Origin: Lama glama
Taxonomy: Eukaryota
Assembly (NCBI GenBank): GCA_028534125.1
Contig: CM052817.1
Location: 106,642,001 to 106,706,000, forward strand
Direction: 5' to 3'
Length of the DNA stretch: 64,000 nucleotides
The first letter of the stretch is position 1, and every line of letters begins with the position of its first letter. The notes under the pieces were generated by a model, which was not told where the DNA came from, ran no database searches, and was given only the letters and a program-made list of their open reading frames with translations. Positions 62,020 through 64,000 of this stretch are shown piece by piece. The position numbers and the translations under genes were made by a program.

Positions 62020-63140
62020 TCTGAATCTTAGATAAGGTGATCAAGAGAATCTGACTGAGGCAGTGACACTTGAGCAAAGGTCTAAAAGAAGCAAGGGAGG
62101 AAGTGATGAGGTTATCTGCGGGAAGAGCAGGAGCGAACGCCCAGAGACCAGAGCAATTTTCAGCCAAGAAATCTGTGTATTTGAAGCAGACTGAACTAGG
62201 GGTATAAGAGTGAGGTCAAGAAGGGGAGGGGGGCATCCCTTAGAGTGGGGGGCCGTTGTTAACACTTGGGCTCTTACCCTGAGTGAGATCCAATGGGCAA
62301 TTTTGAGCAGAGAAGTGAGTTGTTTTTTATTTTTAATTTCCAGTTTATTAAAGTATAACTGACACATAACATGAGTTTAAAGTGTACCACATAATGATTT
62401 GATGTATATATTTACAGCAAAATGATCACTGCAGTGAGTTTAGTAAACATCCATCACCCCACATCATGACAAAATTATTTTAGCTTTTCCTGTGCATCGT
62501 TCTAGCAGCTTTTTACTTTTTCAAAGGATCATTCTGGCTTGTTGAAAACACACACTGGTAGAAGTGACAAGACCAGGAAATAACAGTAGAGACATGCTTG
62601 GATTCTGAAATCTTTTGGAATTTAAAAGCACATGAGTTTGGTTGAAGATAGGGTGTGAGATATAATAGAAGGAGTGGAAGGAAGGAAGAGTGAAGAAAGT
62701 GGAATTAGAAGTTGTGTGTGCATGTGTGTGTGTGTGTGTGTGTTCCAGGGAAGACCAGGAGTTTGTGTTTGGACATGTTGTCAGTTCAATTTTTTATTAA
62801 CTCTCCAGGAAGAAATGTGGAGGGGGCTGTGAATGGAGTTTGGAAGCCAGCACCACGTGGACGGCATCTAAAGACATGATGCTAGATGCGATGACCCATG
62901 GAGAGATGTAAGGACAGATGGCTTGTGCTGAGAGGTCAGGAAGCACGAGGATGAGGCAGAAAAATGACTGAGGGAATGTGTCTCAGCAGGTGGGAGGAAA
63001 TCCACCAGGGTGTGGTAGACTGGAAACTAAGTAATGGAAATGTTTAAAGTGAGGAGTCAAAGAAGGGTTGGGTTGACTCTTGGATTATGTAAATATTACT
63101 TATAGGTCAAGTAAAACAAAGACTGAAAATTGATCCCCGG
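62020..63140 (-). mobile_element. L2 LINE fragment interrupted by an L1 3' end (about 62325-62490, minus strand)
   Basis: TTTTGAGCAGAGAAGTGA..AAAGGATCATTCTGGCT..TTTGGACATGTTG are L2 motifs. The insert TTTATTAAAGTATAACTGACACATAACA is an L1 tail. Confidence 0.6.
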
Positions 63141-63169
63141 ATTTACCGGTTTAAAGGTTGGAAGTTTAA

Positions 63170-63292
63170 GGGGGGAAGGTATAGCTCAAGTGGTAGAGTG
63201 TATGCTTAGAATATGCAAGTTCCTGGGCTCAAACCCCAGTACCTCCTCTTAAAATAAATAAGTAAATCTAATTATCTCCCCCTCCCAAAAAA
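63170..63292 (+). mobile_element. tRNA-derived SINE (camelid vic-1-like), full length
   Basis: GGGGGAAGGTATAGCTCAAGTGGTAGAG..CCTGGGCTCAAACCCCAGTACCTCC plus an AT-rich tail. TSD AAGGTTGGAAGTTTAA / AAGCTTGAAAGTTTAA. Confidence 0.88.
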
Positions 63293-63947
63293 AGCTTGAA
63301 AGTTTAAAGAGAGCCATGAACAAAGGTTCAAGTTATGCATATGAAAATATGCTAACTTAACTGAAAAGTGAATTCCTGTCCCCCTAGGACATATGCTGTG
63401 TCCAAATAAAACAGTTTTTTAAATTATAGATATTCTCAAAGCCTTTATTATACTGTTAATAGATATTGTGGATTTCCAGGAGATAATAATAGAATATATA
63501 GTGTATAAGAAAGAATACTTATTTCTGCATAGGTTTGGTTGCGGGGGGCGGGGGGTGCTTTTTCATTGTTTCCTCTTTGTTTGTTTTGTAACACAACCAT
63601 GAACACCTCCTGCAACAATGTTCTATGGAAAATGAGTCTGTGAAACCATATGGTAAAGTAGTGGTCTGCTAACCACTTTAATTATATATTCATGTCAATA
63701 AAAATGTTTGAACAAGCTTTGTATATGTATTTACTTATTATATTTGTCACAGGGGGTAAAATGAAACTCTGTCTCAGTTTCAAACTAAAGGCCCAAAGAC
63801 CAAGTATAAAACAGTACTGGTCAATCACTTCAAGGTGAAGTCTAGACTAAAAAGGCAGAATTTTAAAGGAGGTGATCGAAAACCATTCTCCCAGCCCTTA
63901 CTTTAACCACACGTTGGCTAAAAGAGACCAGGAGGATCAAGAGGCAA

Positions 63948-64000
63948 AATCTCATCATGGTTTTGATTTGCATTTCCCTGATGATTACTGATGTTGAGCA
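63948..64000 (-). mobile_element. L1 ORF2-end fragment, continues past the window
   Basis: TCTCATCATGGTTTTGATTTGCATTTCCCTGATGATTACTGATGTTGAGCA is a classic antisense L1 motif. Confidence 0.8.

Noticed and set aside
63170..63245. tRNA-like sequence (also 55370-55441)
   Set aside because: Followed by a SINE-specific AT-rich tail and flanked by TSDs, so these are SINE heads and not tRNA genes.

Overview
Mammalian genomic DNA, AT-rich and repeat-dense, with no intact host protein-coding gene that I can recognise. The tRNA-derived SINEs (GGGGAAGGTATAGCTCAAGTGGTAGAG...) resemble the camelid vic-1-type family, so the source is probably a camelid (inference). Two structures stand out. (1) A 3.76-kb, internally deleted class I (gamma-like) endogenous provirus at 7606-11369 (+): two LTRs, 4-bp TSD CATT, tRNA-His primer-binding site, PPT, an open gag matrix ORF, two degenerate zinc knuckles and remnants of pro, RT, RNase H, IN and env, i.e. 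HERV-H-like hallmarks. (2) An apparently full-length RNF26 retrocopy at 46008-48763 (-): 15-bp TSD, poly(A) tail and a disabled CDS, but a CpG-rich 5' end carrying a TISU/YY1-like motif and an open 66-codon upstream ORF. The rest is solo ERV1-type LTRs (one nested), L1 fragments, L2, MIR, MER2B, an MLT1-like LTR, SINEs (including a head-to-head pair forming a hairpin), microsatellites and two 500-N gaps. I see no clear new multi-gene system. Repeat family names come from recalled consensus similarity, and boundaries of old repeats are approximate.
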